From: a virus
Lineage: Duplodnaviria; Caudoviricetes
Reading direction: 5' to 3' (one strand)
Length of the DNA: 64,000 nucleotides
IMG/VR virus record: IMGVR_UViG_3300013121_000038
Span: 1-64,000 of that record
Part shown: positions 9,317-18,208 of the stretch, piece after piece
Layout: each line of letters starts with the position of its first letter
How positions within the stretch are numbered: position 1 is the stretch's first letter
Notes under the pieces: generated by a model
The model's input: only the letters and a program-made list of their open reading frames with translations
What the model was told of the DNA's origin: nothing
Databases searched by the model: none
Position numbers and translations under genes: made by a program

Positions 9317-10492
9317 TTGAAGACGATGAAGACCGCTGGCTTGGTGCTCGACTTCTACGACGACAAGACCGGGAGCATCCTCAAGGAGGTCTGTCCGTCC
9401 ACCGATCGCCTTCCCGAGTCCGTGAAGGTGGCCCACATCCTCTCGCCGCAGGAGCGAGAGATCCTTCGGGACGAGGCCTACGCTCTCATCCTTCACTCGG
9501 ACGACGGGCAGCTCCGCAAGTTCGCCTGCGTCGATGAGGGGAACACCGTCCTCTCGACCCTCTACTTCATGGAGACCTTCACCCAGCTCCCGGTGGAAGC
9601 GGTGAAGGTGGCGGCGGCCAACCTCGCTGCCTTCAACGAGAGCTTCGGTCTCCCAGTCCCTGACATGCTGAAGCTGGCAGCCAAGACAGGCATGTCACGC
9701 AAGCGCGATTCCATGAGCCAGCCTCTCGTCGGTGATGAGGCGGACTGGGCGGCGCGCACCAACCTCGTCTCGACCCGTGGTGGCTCAGACGCCGGCCGCG
9801 TGATCCCGACGGTCAACCAGATGAAGACGGCAGCCGTCGACGTCTCCAAGCTGGAGCCGGAGCCCGTCGTCATGAACAAGACCGCTTCCCGCACCGCTCT
9901 CGGCGGCCGCTTCTCGCTCGACAGCTACTCCGACGTCCAGGACGCCATCCAGTACTTCGACGAGAGCTGGCCTGCCCTCGACCCCGCTTCTCGACACGAG
10001 TTCTCGGTGAAGACGGCGGCGCGCGCCGAGGAGCTCGGCATCGAGGTCCCGGAGCTGATGGCCCGCTACGGCTCGACGCAGTACGCCCCAGACGTGGACG
10101 CCCATCTCGCCAACCGCCGCGCCGTGGCGCCGCAGTTCGAGGAGGTCTGGGACGACCTCCAAGAGAAGCGCGCCATGATCGAGCCGGAGAGCTTCGCCAC
10201 GCTCCTGGCCGAGGCGGACGAGCTCGTCGGGCTCAACTTCGAGTGGGGCGGCTCCGTCATGGACCCCTACTACGCCACCTTCGGCGGCCGCTCCGAGCAG
10301 GAGAAGCTGGCCTGGGCCTGGGAGGGCGCCGACGGCGACAAGATCGACGAGGGCGGGCTGAGAGGCATCGACCAGCAGAAGCTGGCGGAGACCTTCTCGC
10401 CCGACTTCGTCGAAGCCTTCAAGCTCGACCCGGTGACGATCTTCGAGTCCATGCCGGACCAGCACAAGGTCCTCATCTCCAGGATGGTGTGA
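9317..10492 (+). CDS. Putative head-associated protein rich in K-x-A motifs
   Basis: 391 aa, AGGAG RBS; MKTAG, VKVAA, LKLAA, MKTAA, NKTAS, EKRAM, EKLAW. Confidence 0.75.
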   Translation: MKTMKTAGLVLDFYDDKTGSILKEVCPSTDRLPESVKVAHILSPQEREILRDEAYALILHSDDGQLRKFACVDEGNTVLSTLYFMETFTQLPVEAVKVAAANLAAFNESFGLPVPDMLKLAAKTGMSRKRDSMSQPLVGDEADWAARTNLVSTRGGSDAGRVIPTVNQMKTAAVDVSKLEPEPVVMNKTASRTALGGRFSLDSYSDVQDAIQYFDESWPALDPASRHEFSVKTAARAEELGIEVPELMARYGSTQYAPDVDAHLANRRAVAPQFEEVWDDLQEKRAMIEPESFATLLAEADELVGLNFEWGGSVMDPYYATFGGRSEQEKLAWAWEGADGDKIDEGGLRGIDQQKLAETFSPDFVEAFKLDPVTIFESMPDQHKVLISRMV

Positions 10493-10493
10493 C

Positions 10494-10787
10494 ATGAAGA
10501 TCGATCTCATGGACGCCTTCTTCGACGAGCTGGAGAAGATCGCAGCTCTCGGAGAGCCAATGCCTGGTAGTGGGCGGCTACTGCGTCAGCAGCAAGCTGC
10601 CGGGACGGCTCAGCGAGCTTTCAGCCCGGCGCGGGAGACCGGCAAGGACTGGATCCAGAAGCAGGTCGCTGCTGGGCGCATGCAGTCCCCAGCCCACTCC
10701 GCCATGAGCCTGGCCTACAGGCAGCGCCCAGCGGCCGCCGTCGCAGCGGCCGCCAAGCCAGTTCTCCGTGGCGCTCTGAGGCCCTGA
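10494..10787 (+). CDS. Small basic protein with N-terminal FFDELEKIA tag
   Basis: 97 aa, tightly packed in operon. Confidence 0.75.
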   Translation: MKIDLMDAFFDELEKIAALGEPMPGSGRLLRQQQAAGTAQRAFSPARETGKDWIQKQVAAGRMQSPAHSAMSLAYRQRPAAAVAAAAKPVLRGALRP

Positions 10788-10788
10788 C

Positions 10789-11148
10789 ATGCACCAGGCG
10801 ACTCTTCGTGCTTTCGTCGATGAGATGCAGGGCACCCTCATGAAGGAGGCCTTCATCTCGAAGCTCGCCAACATCCCTCCGCCGGCGGCCGGCACGGCTC
10901 CTGGGTTCGGCAGCCGGGCCGCCAACTGGATCGGCAGGCACAAGGAGCACTTGACGCACGGCGCCGAGCTGGCAGGTCTGGGCATCCTCGGGGTCCCAAG
11001 TGCTCAGAAGCTCAGGAAGATTCGCTCCGCCGAAACCTCGCCTGAGGAGAAGCGAACCGCGAAGTACGAGCTCGCCGGCCTCGGGGTCCTGGCGGCGCCT
11101 TCTGCCATCCACCTCGGCCACGCCGCATGGAAGCACTTCCGGGGGTGA
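10789..11148 (+). CDS. Small tagged protein (FVDEM) with duplicated ELAGLG hydrophobic segments
   Basis: 119 aa; ELAGLGILG and ELAGLGVLA. Confidence 0.7.
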   Translation: MHQATLRAFVDEMQGTLMKEAFISKLANIPPPAAGTAPGFGSRAANWIGRHKEHLTHGAELAGLGILGVPSAQKLRKIRSAETSPEEKRTAKYELAGLGVLAAPSAIHLGHAAWKHFRG

Positions 11149-11149
11149 G

Positions 11150-12088
11150 ATGACGCCGGAAGACGCACTCTTCGACAGGCTGATGCTGGCCGAGAAGGCG
11201 GCTCCTTCTGCGCCTACTGCTGGCAGCCCAGAGGAGGCGTACGTGAAAGCCAAGGGCGAGCCAGACGACTCGAAGCCGGTCACGCTCCGGAATCTCTTCA
11301 CCCATCCGGACGCGCACCCGGTGTCGCTCGACTTCGCCATGCTGAAGGCTTTCGGCAGTGAGTGGTTCTCGTGGCAGGCCGAGACGATCTGGGACGAGAT
11401 CCAGGACGAGTTCAAGAGCCAGATCTCTGAGCTGACGAAGCAGAAGATCCGTGCGCTCCAGTCCTGTCACGTGTCGCTGCTGCCGTGGACCGCCTGGCAG
11501 GTCTTCGAGAAGGTAGCGCACGCCTTCAACGGCACGCTGCCGAACTTCTCCATCATGCAACGTCTGGATCTCGAAGAGCTCTTCGGCGCCGTCGACATGA
11601 TCCCCTTCATCCGCAAGGAGAAGTACTCCGACGAGGTGAAGCTCTACATGGCGGCGACGGTTCTGGAGGAGGACGTCTTCTTCGTCCCAGAGCCGCTGAA
11701 CTTCATCCAGATGGAGGTCTCCCAACCCCACTACCACTGCAACGACTGCGGCAACGAGGAGTCGGCTCTCTTCCACGACGGCTTCTGCTCCGCATGCACG
11801 CAGCGCATGCACCCGTCGCAGGGGCTGACACTGGAGCCGCGTCAGGAGCTGGTGAACCAGGGCCTGGGGCGCAACACCACCATCGTGCCGCGCTACGACC
11901 ACATCCAGGTCATGAAGCGGTGGGAAGAGGTCAAGGCGCTGCCGTTCTCCGAGTTCAAGATGGACGAGAACCGGATGGAAGACGTGCAGGTCCGGCAGCT
12001 TCTACTGGCACGCGACTACATGAACATCCGCCGCAAGCAGCTCGCCGAACAGCTCACGGCGCTCAAGTCCTGGATCGGTGCCTCATGA
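11150..12088 (+). CDS. Hypothetical protein with Zn finger
   Basis: Start MTPEDAL at 11150; CNDC...CSAC. Confidence 0.75.
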   Translation: MTPEDALFDRLMLAEKAAPSAPTAGSPEEAYVKAKGEPDDSKPVTLRNLFTHPDAHPVSLDFAMLKAFGSEWFSWQAETIWDEIQDEFKSQISELTKQKIRALQSCHVSLLPWTAWQVFEKVAHAFNGTLPNFSIMQRLDLEELFGAVDMIPFIRKEKYSDEVKLYMAATVLEEDVFFVPEPLNFIQMEVSQPHYHCNDCGNEESALFHDGFCSACTQRMHPSQGLTLEPRQELVNQGLGRNTTIVPRYDHIQVMKRWEEVKALPFSEFKMDENRMEDVQVRQLLLARDYMNIRRKQLAEQLTALKSWIGAS

Positions 12089-12777
12089 AGCTCACGTCCA
12101 AGGCGCGGAACAAGCTCTCCCCATCCACCTTCGTCTTCCCGGAGGAGAGGCGCTACCCGATCCACGACGAGAGCCATGCACGCAACGCCCTGGCGCGAGC
12201 TTCGGGGAAGTCGGAAGAGGGGAAGGTCAGAGCAGCCGTTCATGCCAAGTACCCAGGCATCGGCAAGGAGTCGCAGATCTCGTTCCTGGATGAGCTCGTG
12301 AAGATCTCAGGCATGGACGACGCCATCGGCTGGGCAGGGCAGCAAGGTCAGCGACTCAAGCGCTTCGGTGGCGGGGTTGCGTCGAACGTCGGCAACGCCG
12401 TCGCCTCCTTCGGCACACCTCGTGAGAGCTTGAAGAAGGGCTGGGAGGCCACGTGGCGCCCAGGCGGCCAACCACTGCATCCTCTCTCGAAGGCGCTTAT
12501 GGCCTACGGCGTCTACAACGACGTGCGTCAGGTAGTGCCTGGGCAGGATCCGTCTGGACAGGGTCGGAGCCGTCTCCACCGAGCGGCAACAGCAGTCGGC
12601 GGACAGCTCGGTGGTATCATGAGCGCGCCGTACGGTCTCAGCGGCGGCCTTGTCGGCGGCATGCTCGGGGCCAAGATGGGCGACTTCGCCGGCCGTGCCA
12701 TCGACAAGGTGAGGGGCTTCAAGCGCGTCCCACAGGCTCCACATCTCCCACCTCGCCCAATCGGTCAGCAGGAGTAG
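12085..12777 (+). CDS. DUF6582-like N-terminus, FLDELVKIS tag and Gly-zipper
   Basis: Start MKLTSKARNKL at 12085 (ATGA overlap); FPEERRYPIHDESHARNALAR; C-terminal GLSGGLVGGMLG. Confidence 0.7.
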   Translation: MKLTSKARNKLSPSTFVFPEERRYPIHDESHARNALARASGKSEEGKVRAAVHAKYPGIGKESQISFLDELVKISGMDDAIGWAGQQGQRLKRFGGGVASNVGNAVASFGTPRESLKKGWEATWRPGGQPLHPLSKALMAYGVYNDVRQVVPGQDPSGQGRSRLHRAATAVGGQLGGIMSAPYGLSGGLVGGMLGAKMGDFAGRAIDKVRGFKRVPQAPHLPPRPIGQQE

Positions 12778-12780
12778 CTC

Positions 12781-14940
12781 GTGTCATACGACAACCTTTC
12801 CCTCGGCTACGGCGGCGTCTCGCGCTTCGCGGGACAGCGCGGCCGTACCCAGGACGGCACCAACCGTTCTGGCGTGAGGTATCCGTCTCCCTTCTTCGAC
12901 ATCGCGCACACCTATCTGCCGCCGTCGATGAAGGCGCTGCTGCGGTGGTGCCGGTACTACTACCTCGTCAACCCGCTCATCAACACGGTCATCCACAAGA
13001 TGTCCGAGTACCCGGTGACGGAGATCATCATCGACGAGCAGGACCAGAGGATCAGGGAGAAGTGGGAGACGGTTCTCGGGCAGCACCTGCGGTACCGCGC
13101 GTTCCAGATCGAGGTCGGCCTCGACTACTACACGTACGGCATCTGCATGGTGACGATCCACTTCCCGTTCACCAAGTACCTCATCTGCAAGCAGTGCAAG
13201 CACAAGGAGAAGGCTGCCAAGGTCCACTACAAGTGGCGCAACCTGGAGTACGTCGGCACCTGCGACAAGTGCGGTACGACCGGCCCGCAGACGGTGCTCG
13301 ACTTCTACGAACGCGACCTGCGCCGCATCCGTCTCATGCGGTGGAACCCCGAGTACATCAACGTGGACCCGGGGTTCGGCGGAGCCGACCCCATCTACAC
13401 CTTCGAGCTGCCTCTCCAGCTCAAGAACGACCTCATCCTCGGCAAGAAGACGGTGCTCGACACCGTGCCGGACATCTTCGTCGAGGCCCTGCGGCGCAAC
13501 AAGTACATCCGCTTCGCCGACGACAACATCTTCGTCTTCCGCCGCCCCATCATCAGCCAGAAGGACAATGGCTGGGGCATGCCGCTCATCTTCCCGGTCC
13601 TGAAGGATGCCTTCTACCTCCAGGTCCTGAGGAAGGCGCAGGAGGCCATCGCTCAGGAGCACATCATCCCGCTCCGCGTCCTCTTCCCTCAGGCCGGCTC
13701 GGCGACCTCAGACCCGTACACCAACATCGACCTCAACGCCTGGAAGAGCCGCATCGAGGGCGAGATCGCCAAGTGGAAGTACGACAACAACTACATCCCC
13801 ATCCTGCCGGTCCCCATCGGCAACGAGACCATCGGCGGGGATGGGAAGGCTCTCGGCCTCTACCAGGAGATGCAGGTCTGGTCAGACCAGATCATCAACG
13901 GCATGGGCGTGCCGCTGGAGTTCGTGAAGGGCGGCCTCCAGTACTCGGGCTCGAACGTCTCGATGCGCATGCTGGAGAACATGTTCATCGGATACCGCCT
14001 CGATCACGAGAACATGCTGAACAACTTCGTCATCCGTCGCATCGCCAACTTCATGCAGTGGCCAGTCGTCAAGGCTCACATGAAGCGGTTCAAGATGGCG
14101 GACGACCTCCAGCGTTCGGCCTTCTACTTCCAGCTCAACCAGGCGCAGAAGATGTCCGACCAGACGCTCATGGCGGAGGTCGACCAGGACTCGGCGGTGG
14201 AGGATGAGCGCAAGAAGCTGGAGCTCGACAAGCAGCTCGAAGCGATGCGCAAGCAGCAGCTCGCTCAGGCCGCCATTCAGGGCGAGGTCATGCTCGTTCA
14301 GAGTCGCTACCAGGCCAAGGCCCAGGAAGCGATGATGAAGAACCAGGCGGCGCTCCAGGAGGCCCAAGGTGGTCAGATGGGCGGAGCTGGCATGCTGGGC
14401 CCGGACCAGATGGCAGGAGCCGGTGCCGGCGGCGGAGCAGGCGGCATTCCGCAGGACATGCTTGGCGCTCCTGGTGGGCAGCCTGGTGGTGGGGCTCAGC
14501 CAGGCGCTGGTGCTGAAGGACCTCCTGGCATGCAGGGTCAGCCGACTCCTGGCGCCGGGCAAGAAGGCGAGATGATCGACGGCCAGAGCGTCGATCCGTC
14601 CATGCCAGAGGGCTCTACCGTCTCTCCAGAGAACGCTCAGCAGGCTCCTGGCGACGGCATCCCCGCCACAGCGGCGTCCCCTCTCCAGATGGGCCAGAAG
14701 GGCGGCGGCTACAACCTGCTCTACCTGGCGAAGAGGGCGGCGAACGCGCTCAAGAAGATGGAGCCGATGCAGGCCAACATGGAGCTCAACCGCATGCGGA
14801 TGGGCAATCCTGGCCTCGGCAACCTCGTCCTCCAGATCATGCAGAAGGAGCGCGGCTCGCAGAAGGATCCGCTCAACCCGATGCAGAGCCCGCAGCCTCA
14901 GCAGAAGCCCACTCGCCGTAAGTCTTCGACTGGGGTGTGA
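12781..14940 (+). CDS. Probable portal protein with Zn-ribbon insert and G/Q/P-rich tail
   Basis: Portal-like order of elements: NPLINTVI..MSEYP, WGMPLI, IINGMGVPLEF..GGL.YSG, then coiled coil. Inference from pattern. Confidence 0.7.
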   Translation: MSYDNLSLGYGGVSRFAGQRGRTQDGTNRSGVRYPSPFFDIAHTYLPPSMKALLRWCRYYYLVNPLINTVIHKMSEYPVTEIIIDEQDQRIREKWETVLGQHLRYRAFQIEVGLDYYTYGICMVTIHFPFTKYLICKQCKHKEKAAKVHYKWRNLEYVGTCDKCGTTGPQTVLDFYERDLRRIRLMRWNPEYINVDPGFGGADPIYTFELPLQLKNDLILGKKTVLDTVPDIFVEALRRNKYIRFADDNIFVFRRPIISQKDNGWGMPLIFPVLKDAFYLQVLRKAQEAIAQEHIIPLRVLFPQAGSATSDPYTNIDLNAWKSRIEGEIAKWKYDNNYIPILPVPIGNETIGGDGKALGLYQEMQVWSDQIINGMGVPLEFVKGGLQYSGSNVSMRMLENMFIGYRLDHENMLNNFVIRRIANFMQWPVVKAHMKRFKMADDLQRSAFYFQLNQAQKMSDQTLMAEVDQDSAVEDERKKLELDKQLEAMRKQQLAQAAIQGEVMLVQSRYQAKAQEAMMKNQAALQEAQGGQMGGAGMLGPDQMAGAGAGGGAGGIPQDMLGAPGGQPGGGAQPGAGAEGPPGMQGQPTPGAGQEGEMIDGQSVDPSMPEGSTVSPENAQQAPGDGIPATAASPLQMGQKGGGYNLLYLAKRAANALKKMEPMQANMELNRMRMGNPGLGNLVLQIMQKERGSQKDPLNPMQSPQPQQKPTRRKSSTGV

Positions 14941-14941
14941 G

Positions 14942-15805
14942 ATGGCCATCGACCTTCATGCTTTCGCCGACGAGCTGGTGAAGATCGCCAAGAAGGAAGA
15001 GAAGAAGAACCGGATGTCACTGGGAGAGGCAGCCGCCATCGGCGGCACCGGCTATGTGACGCACAAGGCTGGCAAGGCCACTCAGCGTGGCTTCGCCCAC
15101 TCCCTCCTGCGCCGCGAGACGGGACCAGGGGCCACGGTGGAGGACATCGCCAAGCTCAAGAAGCACATGGGCGTGGAGCAGGTCCCGGTCTTCCACTCCA
15201 ACAACCCAGCCGGGAACGCCGCCTACGTTCCGCGCGGCGGCGCCTTCCGCAGCGCTCTCGGAGAACGCTTCGGTGCGAAGTACCGGCCGGTGGAAGAGAA
15301 GCTCTACCAGAGCATGGGCGCGCACCCCGAAGCCGTGCGGCGTGCCATGGATTCTCAACACGGTGGTGTGTTGACCGGCTCGAATCACGGTCCTCATATC
15401 GTCGCCCACGAGCTCGGGCACGCGGCCGGTCACGTCAAGCATCCCAAGGTCTGGAGCGCGCTCCACAAGTCGATGCTGCCGGCCAGCGCCATCGGGACCG
15501 GAGCTGCCCTCGGCATGTCGGCCATGGCCGACCCGGACTCCAAGAAGTCGAAGTGGGCCCCGGTGGTAGGAGCGCTGGGTCAAGCTCCGAAGCTGATCGA
15601 CGAAGGCATGGCGTCGTGGCGCGGCTACCAAGGCATGAAGCGTTCCGGCTTCAACGCCCAGCAGCTCGCCCATGGACGCGGGCAGCTCCTCCGAGCCTTC
15701 GGCACGTACGCCGGCGGAGCAGCTCTGCCAGTGGCGGGCGCCGTCGGGATTCGACAGGTCCGCAAGTACTTCAAGAAGAAGCGTCAAGAAGCAGCAGGTC
15801 AATAG
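14942..15805 (+). CDS. Tagged (FADELVKIA) HExxH metallopeptidase-like membrane protein
   Basis: VAHELGHA, hydrophobic hairpin, DEGMASWRG, AFGTY; resembles YugP/Zn_peptidase_2 motif order. Confidence 0.65.
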   Translation: MAIDLHAFADELVKIAKKEEKKNRMSLGEAAAIGGTGYVTHKAGKATQRGFAHSLLRRETGPGATVEDIAKLKKHMGVEQVPVFHSNNPAGNAAYVPRGGAFRSALGERFGAKYRPVEEKLYQSMGAHPEAVRRAMDSQHGGVLTGSNHGPHIVAHELGHAAGHVKHPKVWSALHKSMLPASAIGTGAALGMSAMADPDSKKSKWAPVVGALGQAPKLIDEGMASWRGYQGMKRSGFNAQQLAHGRGQLLRAFGTYAGGAALPVAGAVGIRQVRKYFKKKRQEAAGQ

Positions 15806-15811
15806 ACCACA

Positions 15812-16612
15812 GTGCCGTCCTATGACTCCTACCTTGCTGCCCTCAAGGATCGCCTACAGGGCGTGAGGTGGGAGACGTACGGCAAGAGTGGCGCAGGCCC
15901 GCTTGTCTGCTTCTCGACTCCAGGGAAGAAGAAGCTCCTCTACGTCACCTCAGGCTTCCATGGCGAAGAGCCGTTCGGCCCTATCACCTTCGTGAAGCAC
16001 GGGCAGTTGCTGGTCGACATGGCCAAGGCCAGCGGCGTCGGTCTTCGCGTCTATCCATGCACCAACCCAGAAGCCTGGGAGCGCGGCACCCGCTACAACG
16101 CCAAGCACGATCGTCCATCGAACGCCTTCTTCGAGTACGAGACGGCGCCTGGTGAATGGGTGGCTGGGTTGAAGCCGGACATGCACCTGCGGGACATGCG
16201 TATCCGGAAGGACCTCACTCCAGAGTCGAGAGCTCTTGCTGCCGACCTGGCGCTGAAGCCAGTGCCGAGCGCCGCGCTCGACATCCACCAGGACATCGAC
16301 TTCAAGGACAAGCCCATCACCTACGCCTACGTCTCCGGCAAGTTCACCCCGTACCGCTCGATGGCGCGCGCCGCTGCCAGATTCGCGACGGTGGGCTCGA
16401 ACACCGAGGTCGAAGGCATCACCAGCAAGGTGAAGACCGACCGTGACGGGCTCGTGCCTGCCATCCCGGACGGCAGCATCCAGGACTACTTCACCCGTCT
16501 CGGCACCACCTACTCAGCGACCTTGGAGACGTCGACCGGGCTGCCACTCAAGCAAGTGATGGGCGTGAACCTCGTCTGGCTGATGGGCTTCGTGGAGCTG
16601 GCGTCTCGGTGA
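15812..16612 (+). CDS. M14-family Zn carboxypeptidase/deacylase
   Basis: SGFHGEE, NPEA...TRYN, LDIHQD, TLET. Confidence 0.8.
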   Translation: MPSYDSYLAALKDRLQGVRWETYGKSGAGPLVCFSTPGKKKLLYVTSGFHGEEPFGPITFVKHGQLLVDMAKASGVGLRVYPCTNPEAWERGTRYNAKHDRPSNAFFEYETAPGEWVAGLKPDMHLRDMRIRKDLTPESRALAADLALKPVPSAALDIHQDIDFKDKPITYAYVSGKFTPYRSMARAAARFATVGSNTEVEGITSKVKTDRDGLVPAIPDGSIQDYFTRLGTTYSATLETSTGLPLKQVMGVNLVWLMGFVELASR

Positions 16613-16620
16613 CGGGCTAA

Positions 16621-16643
16621 GAGAACGGGCGAGGCCCGTTCTC
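16621..16643. terminator. Hairpin between convergent genes
   Basis: GAGAACGGGC-GAG-GCCCGTTCTC, perfect 10-bp stem. Confidence 0.65.
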
Positions 16644-16649
16644 GACGAC

Positions 16650-16886
16650 TCACGTGTCGTCGGGGAAGCAGTTGGAGGCACGAAGAGCGGACATCTTCTC
16701 GTGCGCCTGTTGCAGCAGGCAGTGGATCTCCCAGAGTGAGTTCGAGATCCATGTGTCTCCCTGGTACTGGTATCTGGTGCGATCGAAGAGCGCCTTCATC
16801 GTCCCTGCGGCCTGTTCCAGGTACTCTTCGTGGTCCATCGCATCTGCACGAGTGACCGGCTCCTTGAGCTGGCTGTCGCAGATCAT
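16650..16886 (-). CDS. Hypothetical protein
   Basis: Likely start MICDSQ with ATGA overlap. Confidence 0.5.
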   Translation of the reverse strand: MICDSQLKEPVTRADAMDHEEYLEQAAGTMKALFDRTRYQYQGDTWISNSLWEIHCLLQQAHEKMSALRASNCFPDDT

Positions 16887-17314
16887 TCGGCGATTCCTTC
16901 GAGCTGGGAGCCGTGCTTCCCACACAGCCCGTCTGAGTTATCCGTGGGGACACCGCAGACGCCGCACGGAACGGAGTCCCCATCTTGCCCGCACTCATCC
17001 TTGGTGATGTGGTCGTGCGAGAACTCCGAACAGCAGTCGGAGTGAACCAGGGCGTCGCCATCATCCCAATCGCTCGGCATCACGTAGACCAACCGACCTG
17101 AGTGCGTGATGCCGAGAACCCACTCGTGAAGAACGGTGATCCTCTGGCCGACGGTGATCGGTTGGGCGCAGTTGGCGCATTCGATGTACGGCGCCTGGTT
17201 CTTGTTGAAAGGCCCCAGGTAGATCGGCTCACCTTCAGCAGTTCTGAGGTTGAGCTGTTGCTGAGCAGGCGCGGCCGCAGGCGCCTGCCCATAGAGCGGC
17301 GTGTACCAGTCCAT
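16883..17314 (-). CDS. Cys/His-rich zinc-finger protein
   Basis: CANC, HSDCC, CGVC...CGKH; AAGGAG RBS. Confidence 0.7.
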   Translation of the reverse strand: MDWYTPLYGQAPAAAPAQQQLNLRTAEGEPIYLGPFNKNQAPYIECANCAQPITVGQRITVLHEWVLGITHSGRLVYVMPSDWDDGDALVHSDCCSEFSHDHITKDECGQDGDSVPCGVCGVPTDNSDGLCGKHGSQLEGIAE

Positions 17315-17328
17315 CTTGTCTCCTTGGC

Positions 17329-17784
17329 TTACCGCGACCGTCTAAGAACTAGCTGAAGAAAGCTGGTCTCCCAGCCACAGCGCTGACATCCGTCGAGCGC
17401 TGGGCGGTCCGGATCGTAGTCCGGTGAGGTCGGCTGAAGATCGGCGGCTCGTCCAGCTTGGTAGAAGCCTTGGACTTGTCGTTCGACCCCAGCCGCCTCG
17501 TCGGACCCTTTCGTGGCTTTCAGGCAAGCGTCGCACTCCCAGCTTGCCTGCCAGCCTTGCTGAATCAAGACCTGGACCCACTCCTGGAGGTAGATGCACA
17601 TGATGCAGTCGAAAGCGCGGTCGCAGTACCCACGCGCTCCTTCGTTGACGATAGGCAGTCCGGTGGCAGTGAAACGTCCTCCGTTCTTGGCGAACAGGAT
17701 CTTGCAGAAGGCCACTCGGACAGGGACGTCGTAGTCCCCACCTTGTTCTTTGCCGTATTCGTCGTACATCTCATCCAGGGTCAT
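17329..17784 (-). CDS. Cys-rich hypothetical protein
   Basis: CIMC, CDAC, CQRC. Confidence 0.7.
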   Translation of the reverse strand: MTLDEMYDEYGKEQGGDYDVPVRVAFCKILFAKNGGRFTATGLPIVNEGARGYCDRAFDCIMCIYLQEWVQVLIQQGWQASWECDACLKATKGSDEAAGVERQVQGFYQAGRAADLQPTSPDYDPDRPALDGCQRCGWETSFLQLVLRRSR

Positions 17785-17787
17785 GGA

Positions 17788-17904
17788 TCACCAGTACGCG
17801 GCTGGGGTTGGAACTCCCATCTTCCAGAGCTCGTATGAGATGCGCGCGACGACGTAGCCCAGGAAACCTGCCGCGAACCCTAGAAGAAACATCTCACCGA
17901 ACAT
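17788..17904 (-). CDS. 38-aa single-TM peptide
   Basis: Hand-translated MFGEMFLLGFAAGFLGYVVARISYELWKMGVPTPAAYW; TGATG overlap and GGAGG RBS. Confidence 0.55.
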   Translation of the reverse strand: MFGEMFLLGFAAGFLGYVVARISYELWKMGVPTPAAYW

Positions 17905-18035
17905 CACTCCTCCTCTTCCCCGTCTTCTTCGTCAGCGTCTTCCGTGTCGTCGTCTTCCTCGTCATCTGGGATCTGGCCAATGAGGGCGCCGAGGCTGTCG
18001 TCCTCGAACTTCGTGGTGCTGGCCAAGAGGGGCAT
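17904..18035 (-). CDS. 43-aa highly acidic peptide
   Basis: MPLLASTTKFEDDSLGALIGQIPDDEEDDDTEDADEEDGEEEE; AAGGAG RBS. Confidence 0.6.
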   Translation of the reverse strand: MPLLASTTKFEDDSLGALIGQIPDDEEDDDTEDADEEDGEEEE

Positions 18036-18080
18036 CTTTTCTCTCCTTGAGCGGGTAAAGAGACGAATGATTCGTCCACT

Positions 18081-18091
18081 GTTCTTATGCC
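18081..18091 (-). promoter_or_regulatory. Putative phage-specific early promoter GGCATAAGAAC
   Basis: Identical to 9207-9217; heads a minus-strand island. Confidence 0.65.
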
Positions 18092-18111
18092 TCAGATCTG
18101 ACAAGCGTTTC

Positions 18112-18140
18112 TTGCCACGTTTCGGCACCACTTGTATCCT
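18112..18140 (+). promoter_or_regulatory. Sigma70-like promoter TTGCCA-N17-TATCCT upstream of the RNAP gene
   Basis: -35/-10 with canonical spacing. Confidence 0.6.
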
Positions 18141-18208
18141 CGGCTCGTCGTACCAAAGGCCCAGAGACCTCCGAGTGCAAGGGGATAGGGTCGCAGGCCA
18201 TACGCACC

